The notes beneath the pieces were generated by a model. The model saw only the letters and a list, made by a program, of their open reading frames with translations. It ran no database searches and had not been told where the DNA came from. The position numbers and the translations under genes were made by a program. Shown in pieces: positions 1 to 11,091 of a stretch of DNA of 64,000 bases; position 1 is the first letter of the stretch; every line of letters starts with the position of its first letter. Location: assembly GCA_965112155.1 (NCBI GenBank), contig OZ218106.1; one strand, given 5' to 3'. The stretch is from Podarcis liolepis. Taxonomy: Eukaryota.

Positions 1-550
1 AAGAAACAGAAGATTGATTCCTCATCTTCATCTGTTGGGGCAATCAATGAGAATTTAGCAATCAGGTTTGTTAATTCCAGATCTAAACAGGATTCCTCTA
101 AAGTATATTTCATTGAATGTGGACTTGAAAGGTAGAAATTGATGGGTGCAAGGCAATGTTTAGAGGGAAACATTGGTTTGGGGTTTATTGCGTGTTTTGC
201 TTTTGAAGTGGTTTGATATGATATATATTCCGTCCAATAAGGATAACGGGTAACTCATGAAACAGAGTTTGTTGCTGCTGTGTGTCCCTTATTTGTCACA
301 GAATCGCTTGTGACTCAGGCAACTTGTTAGATCAGAAGAAAGGGCAGTTTACCAAGCGGCTAACTGCAGTGGCAAGAGATTAGTTGCTGTGTCTTAGAAA
401 TGAAGCGGGGCAGAAGCCCTGGAACTTTACAGAATTTGATGGTAGGTGCAAGGGGGCTAGTGGGCTTCTCTATTGCACAGCAGAGCAATGTATTCCTTGC
501 TGCCTGCTTCCCTACTTGGTAGCTCAGAAACAAAACTGCATTGTGGTGTA

Positions 551-816
551 GCAGGTGTAGCACCGTGGTTGAAAGTGTTAGCCATGGACCTGGGAGACCA
601 GGGTTCAAATCCTTACTAGGCCATGAAGCCCACTGGGTGCCCTTTGGCCAGTCTAGCGTACCTCACAGGGTTGCTGTAGGGGTGAATTATTGTTATTAAT
701 TAAAATTGTATACCGCTCTATACCCATAGATCTCAGGGCAGTTCACAACATAAACTTGAGGATGGAGAGAACCAGGTATGCCACTTTGAGCCCCTTGGAG
801 AAAAAGACTGGGTATA
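551..816 (+). mobile_element. tRNA-derived squamate SINE (Squam3/MIR-like), interrupted at ~687-754 by a reverse-oriented L2-like 3' tail
   Basis: A-box-like gtggttgaaagtg, B-box gggttcaaatcc and body ggccatgaagcccactgggtg...cctcacagggttg match copies at 9588-9776 and 10889-11091. The insert reads tttatgttgtgaactgccctgagatct...aataa on the - strand. Confidence 0.75.
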
Positions 817-1054
817 TAGTCGTACCTTGGTTCTCGAACACCTTGGTATGTGTACATTTTGGTTCCTGAATCCCAAAGACCCAGAAGTGTTCTGGTTTTC
901 GAACGTTTTTCAGAAGCCAAAGGTCCGACGCGGCTTCTGCTTGAGTGCAGGAAGCTCCTGCAGCCAATCGGAAGCTGTGCCTTGGTTTTCAAACAGGTTC
1001 AGGAGTCAAATGGACTCCCAGAATGGATTAAGTTCAAGAACCAAGGTTCCACTG
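817..1054. mobile_element. Tc1/mariner (Tigger/pogo-like) MITE
   Basis: Imperfect TIRs tagtcgtaccttggttctcgaac / gttcaagaaccaaggttccactg, flanked by TA at 815-816 and 1055-1056. Same CAGTGGTACC terminus class as 35418 and 43609. Confidence 0.8.
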
Positions 1055-1059
1055 TAAAG

Positions 1060-1790
1060 ATATGGGGTGTATATAACCCATTTGAGTAAGGAACCAATTA
1101 AACCCCCGTTACCCAAAGTTGGACCTTTGGGGAGGTGGCGAAGACTGAGAGGGGGTTGGAGGAGGATGTCAGAGTTCCCAGGTAGCACTTTACGATGTAT
1201 ACAGGAGCGCGAGAATAGCACCGCCGGGTGGAATTTGGCCTTGACTTGTAGAATTATAGCAAAAGGAAGGTTGGCTGCTTCTAAATCAAAGTAACAGGGA
1301 GCGAACTAACCTTGTTTAAACATTAACCATCAAGGAAGATGCCCTTGTGCCTTGTAAGCGAAGATGCTCTCCAACTCTTCTGGTGACGCTAATGTTAGGG
1401 GAGAGTAAAGCTTCCCTGCCACCTTCATAAAATATACTTTTCTGCTCCGCCAGTCAGACTTCCTCCTCTGTGGAACATGATTGGGATCATTAAAGTAGCT
1501 TTGATCAAAGAGCATGGAAAATTGTCTCCGAAGCGGACAAGTAGGTAGAGATCCCCATGGCCTGGTCTAAGACACTTGTAATAGCTTTCCAGAGGGGAAG
1601 ACTATAATTGGAGGGAATTGGACCTTGAGTATGTCTTGCCGCTGCCAATTCGGAATGCCTTTTAAACAACATGAAAGGACAAAATTTATGCCAGCGACAC
1701 CGGAATAGTGCTGTTTTATATTTTTTAAAAATGAGATAAAATAAGAGGCCATGCAATTTTGGGACTTTAAATTTGCCACTTGCCCTTCAT
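1060..1790 (-). mobile_element. Highly degraded L1/Tx1-like ORF2 post-RT fragment in a NEIL3 intron
   Basis: Broken - strand peptides KWQI*SPKIAWPL, LWKAITSVLDQ...YLS, LASPEEL and LLKWVIYTP occur in the order expected for L1-type ORF2 C-terminal motifs. Many stops and frameshifts. Confidence 0.4.
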
Positions 1791-2034
1791 TTCAATTGCC
1801 TGGATGCTCAGTGCAGATTCCTTCAGTTTTATTTAAAGAAAAATCAAGTAGGGCAGGTAAAATATCTGGTTTCTCTATTTTGAACCCTACACGTGTATAA
1901 CAATGCATTATTGACAGCTGTGTACGAAAGGCAAGAGTGTTTGGTGGAAGGGAGGAAGAGTGTTGCTGCTGCTGTAACTAATCCCTTTTAACTTCATGCA
2001 GTTTTTATTATTATTTTGCAACCTGTCATTGCAG

Positions 2035-2209
2035 AGCACCTCCAGTTAATATGACAGATGGTTCTTACACATTAAATACTGGCAACCCTCGCTGCAGTAA
2101 ACACAGCCGCTGCTGCGTTCTTCGTGTGGTGAGGAAGGACGGAGAAAACAAGGGCAGGCAATTTTATGCTTGTCCTTTACCCAGAGAAGCCCGGTGCGAC
2201 TACTTTGAA
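2035..2209 (+). CDS. NEIL3: NEIL3 DNA glycosylase, penultimate coding exon (GRF zinc finger 1)
   Basis: Acceptor ttgcag|A and donor GAA|gtacgt, 175 nt. Translates APPVNMTDGSYTLNTGNPRCSKHSRCCVLRVVRKDGENKGRQFYACPLPREARCDYFE and splices in frame to 3702. Confidence 0.96.
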
Positions 2210-3701
2210 GTACGTGAGATTGTGTAGCCTTGCCAAGCACCCTTGAAGGGTACAACTTTTTTCCTCCAACCCATTATGATTACTCATGGGTTTCATTCGT
2301 ATTTAGTGTACTGGAAGGAGAATTACAATGTCACTGATGAAGTTAGCTTTGCCTAGATAACTTCTAGACGCATCCTGGCCACTGCAGAATGGTTTTCTGC
2401 ATGGAGTAGAGTCGTGGACTTTGAATTCAGATTTTACACTAAAAGGTTTTCATTTATTGACACTATGAAGAGTTAATAGACACATAGAAAGCTATGGCTT
2501 ATTGATATCCCTTCCCCAGTTCTGAAAGCAGAAGCAGGGGGGTATGCTCTTGTCAGTCACAAGCGGAATTTAACCGCCTGGCTAGGATTGACTTCTTGCG
2601 GGGAGGGCACAAGAGGGAATTTATTTGAAGAGTGGAATTGATGCAGACATGGGAGTAGAGATTATTCTTCAATCAAGTAGCCATTGCTGTCCTTGAATGG
2701 GAATGGAGGGAGTTTGGGAGAGGGTTCTCCCCCTACTTCTCTGCCTCTTCAACCAATAGCTATCTATGGCAGTGATGGGGAACCTCAGTGATGAGGTTCG
2801 CCTTGGGCCTCTCGGTCAGGTCTTCAGCGCTCCCTCCAGGCCACAGACCTGCTTCACATCCTCCTGGGATGTTTTTGCCACATTGTGGAATGTGTGGTGG
2901 CACCTCCTGCCTGCTCAGATGGAGACGGATTTGTTCCTTCCATATGCAGAGTAAATGTATGGAGGAAGGAGCAGCACTTTCTTCTCCCAGACGGCATTGC
3001 AGCTTGTTGAAAGGTCTGAAAAGGGCTCCCTGTGCAAATTAGTGGTAGTCGCTGCAAAAATAAAATAAAATCTAAGAGTCTCTTTGTATGGAGCTTGGCA
3101 TCCTTTTCAGACCTTCTACCTCATGGGGCTGGGACCAGCAGAGGACAGATAGGTTGGGAGTGGGGCCAGTGTATACACTCCTCCCTTCTCCACATGCTTA
3201 ATATACACATGGAGGGAAGTTCTGAAAGGGGAGTAAAAGGCCCTCTTAACTAACTTCCAAAGGATGGGCTGAACGCAATACACAATAGATTATTTTCACG
3301 TGGGTTTTGTTCTGTTAACACAGCACTTGCACTGGCCTCTGCTATGCAGTAAGAGGTGCAGTAATGTCATTTTGACCTTCAGATTCTGAAAAGGGAGAGA
3401 AGGAAGTTAGAAGTGTGGGGAAGTGAGATCTATTGCTATTCAGCTATGAGGTACCAGAACTTTACTTGCATAAATTGAACCCATGTTGCCTCCAGAGTCA
3501 GATAAAACTCCCGAAAACTGTACTCTCACAAAGTCAAACCAGTGGAGCTCAGGCAGTGAAACATATAGCGTATTTGAAAAAGAGCCATTTACCCTGATTA
3601 TTAGCAGTTGCCACCTACCTGGCAGAATTAAAGTCGAGTTTCTTGCCACCAGTCTAAAAGAGGGACCTGATGTTAAAAGGAGAAATGATTTCTCTCTACA
3701 G

Positions 3702-3884
3702 TGGGCAGACCTGCATTTTCCCTTCTGCAATCACAGGAAGCGCAGCATTATGAGGACGGTGTTGAAGATTGGTCCTAATAATGGAAAGAATTTCTTTGTG
3801 TGCCCTCTTGGGAAGGATAAGCAGTGTGACTTCTTTCAGTGGGCAGAAAATGGTCCAGGAATGAAGATTATCCCAGGATGCTGA
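3702..3884 (+). CDS. NEIL3: NEIL3 last coding exon (GRF zinc finger 2, C-terminus)
   Basis: Acceptor tctctctacag|TGG. Translates WADLHFPFCNHRKRSIMRTVLKIGPNNGKNFFVCPLGKDKQCDFFQWAENGPGMKIIPGC*, the characteristic NEIL3 C-terminus. Confidence 0.97.
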   Translation, partial: WADLHFPFCNHRKRSIMRTVLKIGPNNGKNFFVCPLGKDKQCDFFQWAENGPGMKIIPGC

Positions 3885-4417
3885 GCAATTCATCTCCAAT
3901 ACACCATCTGACGTTAATCTTCTCAAACTGTGTGTACAACGCTGCTCTTCTCTGGGAGATACTTTAGGAGGGTCATGATCAAGTGGTATCTTGCGATTGC
4001 AAATCCATCTAGATTATACATTTGGACATGCTTTCTTTTGTTCCCTCCTTCTAACTGCTTCTGTGATTTGTTTTATCTATCTAACACTAGAAGATCTCAT
4101 GTGGAAGGGTTAACATATCTGAACAATACCCGGTCGTATCTTTTGTTGTCTTGTTTCCTGCCACCCCACCCCACCCCAAATTGCTTAAATACAATCTTCA
4201 GGAATTATCTGGATTTAGTTGTCTCTCACAATGTGCTACAATCTGTCAACAAAACATACATTTTTAGTCGGAGTTTCTACATGTTGTTTGTCCTTCAGCG
4301 CTCCCCCCCCACTCCCATTTCTTAAGCTGTGCTTCCATAAACATTTATATTTCAATGCATTTAAGATGAATAGATTTTAATACACTTTGTAATCAGTTAT
4401 GAAAGATTAATATATTC

Positions 4418-4423
4418 AATAAA
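4418..4423 (+). terminator. Probable NEIL3 polyadenylation signal
   Basis: First AATAAA ~530 nt after the stop, followed by GT/T-rich sequence (ctgtttgttctt). Confidence 0.6.
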
Positions 4424-5278
4424 CTTGTTTCTAGCAATGACGAGCCTCTGTTTGTTCTTAAGGATTGCTCTGAATGAGCTTCTTGCCAAAGTAGAAGGGA
4501 TGCATTTAACTAACATGCTTTATTGTTTGTTGCAGATCTGTAGGTGACCTTGTGATGGTTTTCCCTTCACCTTATATTTCTTCATATAGGAACCTGTCCT
4601 AAGAAAAAAAATGTTGCTCCTTTGGAACTGAACAGGTGGTCAATTTAGCTTGGCTTATGCAATCAGCCTGATCCCCGATGCAGAATTAGGCACACGCATT
4701 TGGGGTGGTTTGGTGCCCTTAGGTCTGCATAGGCCACTTGCACTTAAATTTGGTGGAATTTTGGACAGCAATTTACCCATCTTTTTAGATCCATGGAGTT
4801 TGGCTAACAAGCATGGCAGAGTTGGCCACTCTCTTCTCATTTATTGGTGACCTGTGCAAATGGATTGGACACATGCCTATTTGAGAGTAAGTCCCATTGA
4901 ATTTAGGTTGATTTAGTTCTGAATACACATGCATAGGGCTGGGCTCTTGGCATAATTCTTAAAGACAGCTCTGGCTCCAAACATTAGCTAGGTTAGGCAC
5001 TGGCCAAAAGCCCCATGAACTCAGAAGCACCTCTTACCCTGCCTTCCCTGCCAAGTCCCTGGGTGGTTGTGGGTTTTTTTTGGGGGGGGGCAAACCTCTG
5101 CTCCCACCTGCAGTGTCCACCCAGCATTTTAAATTTACCCAAAATGCAATGCCCTAGCCTATAGATCTACAAAATCTATAGGTTGGTTAGGAATATAGAT
5201 CCATGGTGGAGCACTGCATTTGGGGCAAATTAAGGTGATGGGTGGCCATCACAGATGGAAGCCCATTCAAAAATGGTA

Positions 5279-5625
5279 AAAGGTAAAAGGACCCCTAACA
5301 GTTAGGTCCAGTAGCCGACGACTCTGGGGTTGCGTCACTCATCTTGCTTTACTGGCTGAAGGAGCCGGTGTACAGCTTCTGGGTCATGTTGCCAGAATGA
5401 CTAAGCCGCTTCTGGCGATCCAGAGCAGCACACGGAAACGCTGTTTACCTTCCCTCCGAAGTGGCACCTATTTATCTACTTTCACTTTGATATGCTTTCA
5501 AACTGCTAGGCTGGCATGAGCAAGAACCGAACAACAGGAGCTCACCCCGTCGCAGGGATTCAAACTGCCGACCTTCTGATCAGCAAGCCCTAGGCTCTGT
5601 GGTTTAACCCACAGCGCCACCCGCG
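5279..5625 (-). mobile_element. Sauria SINE (lacertid type), near full length
   Basis: - strand head gacgcgggtggcgctgtgggttaaaccacagagcc, B-box ggtttgaatccc, ACCTTT-like tail. Flanked by the 12-bp direct repeat tcaaaaatggta (5267-5278, 5626-5637). Confidence 0.92.
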
Positions 5626-7868
5626 TCAAAAATGGTACTGCCCACTAAAATATAATGGGTGGGGGTAGTCAGCAAGGAGAGCAGCAGGTGTAGCAGTACC
5701 ATTGTGGTAGATTCTGTTAGTGGATTGGCACAGATTTTCCTGTAGTTGCTCATTCAAAGATGAAATGCTCTCCCCATGGCTGCTCCTCCTATCCCAGACT
5801 TCCTCTGCTTCTTTGATTTGCTCCCCTGGCATAAAGTTTTCCTTGGGAGTCTCTTAAAATGAGCACCTCCCATGGCAATTGAATTGTACCTCATCTTCCT
5901 TTGTTCAGCTCGCCTATTAAGATCATCCTGGGCCAGCGACAGAACTTAATTGTGTTGAAGTGCTTTAATGCCGACGGAGTGCTATTTATTCTTTAAGGTC
6001 ACTTTGAAAGTGCTTACACAGCCGTCGTTCAAGAAAGCCTAAAGCAAAGCAGCTTATGGAGAAACCCTATGGTTGTGTGCGGTGAACTTTGACGAGGGAT
6101 CTTTCGAAAGGACAACCTACCATAGGTACAAGAAGAGATGCATTGCGGGCAGGAAAATCGCCTTGGTAAACCCAGAGGGAAACATTTCCTGCCCCCTGTG
6201 ACAAGACTGCTGCTCTTCTGAACCCTCTTAAAGTGCACAGAGCCACCTTGTTTTCCTTCACAGAATGTTAGGCTTAGAACCCAGAGTTCATTTTGTAGGC
6301 AGCCTCTGTCAAATGAGGGTAATACTGAAGTTTGTCCTCCTGACATGCTTAGTTGCAGTACAGTATTCCACCTCCTTTTCAAAGGCATTCTGCTTCTACG
6401 ACAGGAATGACATGCCTGCACTTATTGCCAGATGGTTTCAGTGCAGGAAATCAATGCTGTATGTACATATGTGACATACACAACATCTTAAATTAGCGTT
6501 GAATGACTCACAGTTGGGGGGGGGGACTGCTAGAGATTATGCAGGAGCCTTCAATATTTGTTGCGGCACAAATGATGTAGAGATGCTGCTTTTGTAACAA
6601 CAGAATTTCAAGAAGTAAAGCACTGCCCATAACTTGCCACCTGTTGCATTTATCTCATACATTGTTAAAGATTATCTGTCAGTGGTGAAAAGGTGGCAAA
6701 CGGCAAGTATTATGAAACAAAATGCACAGAATTCTCTCTGAAACCAATTATGCCATATAGCTAGCTGTACATTTCATAGCGTTTGGGGATATATGCAGGA
6801 AAAAACAACAATGTGGATGCCAAATGCTGAAATTCAGAGAAAAAGGAAAAGTCAGATCTCTCATTTGCCATCAGTTTTTCATTGAGAGGGGTGTCAATTA
6901 TTTACTTTAGTTTTTCTATCCCCCCATTTAAAATGTGTTGAATTTAAATTAGGGCATTATTAAAATTACCAGCCTATTAAAAGGCACCCTACCTTTCATT
7001 AGGATTGCAAATCTTTTAAAGAGAGTATCCAAAATGAAATTACGCTATTTAAGGCAATAGCTTAATTCTCATCTAATAGTTCTTTCAGCATTAACATTTC
7101 TATTGTAGATGGTGAAAAGCAATAGCAATTCTGCAAAAGAGAATGCAAGATGTTAAAGAGTAAGATTTTGTTATAATCGTTACCTTGGCTTTTAATGGTT
7201 CTGTTTTCCAAAGTTTAGCTAGATGTGGAATGCTGTTTTAAAAAATTCTAGAACTGTAAATGTAAATAGAATAGTGAGCCTTCAGCTGTCATTTAAACAC
7301 GGAATAAACAAACTCTTCTACAAGTATCTCATTTCCTGGATGTTCCTATTGGGAGGCAGCAAAGGATATAATAAACACATTAACAAATTACACAGAAATG
7401 CAGAAGCTTGCTTTTAGCAACAAATGGAGGTGCTGCTATAGCTAACTTAGAATCAGACTAAAGCAGATTAAAGTAGATTGTCGGCAACTGTGCAGTTATA
7501 GCTGAAGTTTTTGTGGGTTTGCACAGTATCTCTCCTAAAATAAAAAGAACTGGACTTACGCATAATACAATACCTTGAGGAGGGGAAAACAATACAGCAG
7601 AACAAAGCTAAGGAAGACAGGAGCAGGAATAAACAAGAAGGTATGAAGGAAACGTAAATATAATGAAAGCGTCAAGGCCTTTGGGTTTGAACTGCGAATG
7701 ACTTTCATAGAATGTAGTTATAATGGGAAGTAACTAGGCAATGAGCTTTTGAAGTAACATCCTGAATGTATAATTGGTTGATGCCCCTATAAATATTTAT
7801 TACTGAAAGGGGTTTAAAACACAGGACAGATTTCATGCTGGAAAGAAGCACCTCTATAAACCCTAGGG

Positions 7869-8003
7869 CAGAGGTGGAGAATCTGGCCATATGTATGTTG
7901 CTGGAGGATAACTCATCATCCCTGAACATTGACCATGCTAGCATCAACTGATGGGAGCTAGAAGTCTAAAAATATATTGTGCGTCACTGGTCCCCAACTC
8001 CTT
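7869..8003. mobile_element. Old degenerate hAT-type MITE
   Basis: Degenerate version of the ~135-bp family at 8025; flanks ccctaggg / ccctaggc (8-bp TSD, 7/8 match). Confidence 0.55.
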
Positions 8004-8024
8004 CCCTAGGCGATAGTTATAGTT

Positions 8025-8160
8025 CAGGCATCCCCAACCTGCAGCCCTCCAGATGTTTTGGCCTACAACTCCCATGATCACTAGCTAACAGGACCAGAGG
8101 TCAGGGATGATGGGAACTGTAGTCCAAAACATCTGGAGGGCCGAAGGTTAGGGGTGCCTG
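8025..8160. mobile_element. Palindromic hAT-type MITE (~135 bp family)
   Basis: Ends caggcatccccaacct / aggttaggggtgcctg, internal inverted ccctccagatgttttgg; 8-bp TSD ttatagtt / ttacagtt. Confidence 0.88.
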
Positions 8161-8384
8161 TTACAGTTGATATCTTATGCGCTCACTTCTCTTTGCAAAA
8201 CATAACACAGGTGGAAAAGAACTTAGTTGCTGTGATGGGGGAATGAAGACTTCTGTATTAGGAGACAGAAAACTGAGACAAATACTTAGGAAATCCGTTT
8301 TAGCTTCAACAAAGGCTAGAAAGATACACAAAAATTTATGGCACAACCTTGAAAAACCATGAGAACTATGAAGATACTCAGAAG

Positions 8385-8920
8385 GAAAGAATATTCCCTA
8401 TGAGGAAAAGTTAAAACATTTGGTGCTTTTAAGTGTAGGAAAAGGGCAATTGCAAGTGGGAGGGGGGGGAGGGAAAGAATGATGATAGAAGTCTATAAAA
8501 TTATATGTTGTGGAGAAAGTGGATAGAGAGAAATTCTCCCTGAAATAGCAGAACCTGGGACAATCCAATGAAGCTGAATTCCGGGAGATTCAGGACAGAT
8601 GAAAAAGAAGCACTTATTCACACAGCACATAGTTAAACTATGGGGTTTGCTACCACAAGATGTGGCAGCCAGCAACTTCGACGAGAGTTGGTAAAATTCT
8701 TGAAGGATTAAGCTTTTGATGGCTTCTATCCATGATTGCTTTTAGCTACTTCTAGTAGAGGTGCTAGGCCTCCGGATACTGGTTGTTTGGGAACATGAAG
8801 CGGAAGGCAGCTGTGGGGCTCATGTCATGTCTGAAAGCTTCTAGGCATGGAGTGAGAACTGTGAGAACAGGATGCTGGACTAGATGGAACTTTGGTGTGA
8901 TCCAACAAGGCTCTTATGAT
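8385..8920 (+). mobile_element. CR1 LINE 3' fragment
   Basis: Typical CR1 ORF2 end (ccctatgaggaaaagttaaaac, gaagtctataaaattat, ttcacacagcacatagttaaactatgg) and 3' UTR aggatgctggactagatgg...gctcttatg. Confidence 0.85.
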
Positions 8921-8987
8921 GAAGTAATCATCAGACCTGCATATCTTCTGTGATACCAGCTGAGGTGCATGCTTTGAAAACTCCAGT

Positions 8988-9776
8988 GAGAGTCAGTGTG
9001 GTGGTTAGTGCCTGTTACAGTTGATATCTTATGCGCTCACTTACAGTTGATATCTTATGCGCTCACTTCCTATCAGGCTTTGGGGGAGCGGCTTCCTCCC
9101 TCCCTTTGGCCATGGATAAGCAGAACAAAGCAAAAATAGTCTATTACCATTTAAAGAGATTTAATGATCACAGCGAATGAACAAAGAGTCAATTCTCGGA
9201 GTAAAGGTACTTCCAATTAAGGTTTATACTTACTTCCTCCTGAGTCACCCTCGCCACTTCCTCATCTTGCATCCTGATCTCGCAACCACTGTGCCTTCTG
9301 TGCAGCTACTTATCTAATCTCTGTGACCTTGGACTGGTTGGCTGCACACTATCCAGTGAACTGGAATCTGTTAACTCTCTCTCTCCCGGTTCTTCTTCTC
9401 CTAGCTGTTCACCACCCAATTCTTCCCAACTTTTGTCTTCTGAACTATGTCCCTCTGCAAACCACTGTTCCAAATCTATACTGTCCTACTTTTCCTGGGA
9501 AGATTCAGGATCCTGATCAGGGGGAGGGGGAGGCTCCCACCATTCCTCAACTGTGCAGCCCTCCTCAGCACAGTCCCTGACAGCTTATCTAGGACCTAGG
9601 AGACCTGGGTTCAAATCCCCACTCGCTCATAAAGCTCACCAAGTGACCTTGGACCAGTCACTGCCTGTCAGCCTAACCTACCTCACAGGGTTGTTTTGGG
9701 GGTTAAATGATGAGAACCACATGTGCTTCCTTGGAGAAGAAGGTGGAATATTAAGATATTAATGCAATAAATAAAT
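8988..9776 (+). mobile_element. tRNA-derived SINE split by a templated insertion and an LTR (head 8988-9010, body 9588-9776)
   Basis: Head agtcagtgtggtggttagtg resumes as ctaggacctaggagacctgggttcaaatccccactc...cctcacagggttg...aataaataaa. Confidence 0.75.
9071..9582 (-). mobile_element. Solo LTR-like element (probably Gypsy class)
   Basis: - strand starts TGTCAGG and ends CCTGATA (inverted termini, one mismatch); TATA-like gtataaa on the - strand near 9223-9229. No clean TSD because the left flank is replaced by the templated duplication. Confidence 0.65.
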
Positions 9777-10888
9777 TTCACACTAGGCTATGAAGTGAGA
9801 CAATGTCTAGCACAGTGCTACCAGCCCCCTGCTGAGGTGTGGGCCAATGCCAACCCCTGACCCCGATCACATCTGCAGGCCAGTATCCCATGCTAACATC
9901 AGCCCAAGGACACTGCCTCTTCCTGCTCTTGCCTTCTCCAGGCCTCGTAAAAGGTGTATGCCAGGAACAGGACCTTTTGACTGGCATGTGAAGAAAGCTT
10001 CATATTATTTAGACGGCTCTGACAAGGCTGCTTACAACATAAAACACAACCCCAGTGCTAGCCCCCAAATTTCTCCCCAAGTCGGCATTCAAACCTAACA
10101 CTATTCATCAGAAGAAAGCAGGAAGACAAGTACAGAGTGGCAATTTGAAGCAGATGATGAACACCGCGTGTCGGAATGAGAGATCCATTTAAGCATAAGT
10201 ATAGTTAAGTGCAAGTTAGGCAACAATTGTAAGCATCAGATTTCAGGATGCTAACAGCTGGGAGGTGGAAACACTGATGGCTGAAACCCACAGAAGCTTT
10301 TTAGCGACATTATACAGCCATTCATCTTGTTTGGGCTTCTGCTCTGGGAGATGCTGGAAAAAGAAAAGATAATGTAATGGCAATAGTATATCAACAGTCA
10401 ATTGTGGTTCTCTCTGAAAGCAAGGAAAGACACTTTGGATAGAGGAAAATATTTAAAATGCTTTTTGTTGTAATTAACACTGCAGCGCTGGTGTTTTTAA
10501 AGGGTCTTGTTACACCCATTTACTGGAAGATTTCATTAGAAGGCCTCTCAGTTGTTGAGCCAAGCAGCTGTAGGGTTGCTGCAGGTTCAGTACAAGAGAA
10601 AAAGATAGTCAGTTAGTTAGTTAGTTCCTGGGCCTTTAACTGTTGGCAGAGACTGCTTCTTGCACTATGGCAGCTTGATGGCAGGGTAACTCAACCCTTC
10701 CCAAATGCTACCTTCTCTTAATCATTTAAAGTACTGAAGTCTCCTGAACTGGGCAGCCCTAGGTGAGAAAATGATATTACAAGGTTCACCATCAAGTTCC
10801 AACATAAAAGGCTGGGTGTTTTTTTTTAAGTACTTTTAACTCATGACTATAAAGGGCAGATTGAGTTGTTTCACATGAGAAATATGAA

Positions 10889-11091
10889 AGACTTCTGTGC
10901 TGTAGTGGTTAGTGTGTTCAATTAGGACCTGAGAGACCAGAGTTCAAATCAACACTCAGGCGTGAAGAGGCCTTGGGCCAGTCACACTCTTTAGGTCTAA
11001 CCTACCTCACAGGGGGTTTTTCGAGGATAAAATGAGGGAGAGAAATTTGTATGCTACCTTGAGCTGCTTAGAGGAAAGGTGATGTATAAAT
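10889..11091 (+). mobile_element. tRNA-derived SINE (same family as 551 and 9588)
   Basis: tgtagtggttagtgtg...gagaccagagttcaaatc...ccttgggccagtcac...ctaacctacctcacaggg. Confidence 0.8.

Noticed and set aside
3483-3701. 133-aa ORF appearing to give NEIL3 GRF2 its own N-terminus
   Set aside because: Similarity to NEIL3 starts exactly at the acceptor at 3702; the upstream 73 codons are stop-free intron with no recognisable homology.
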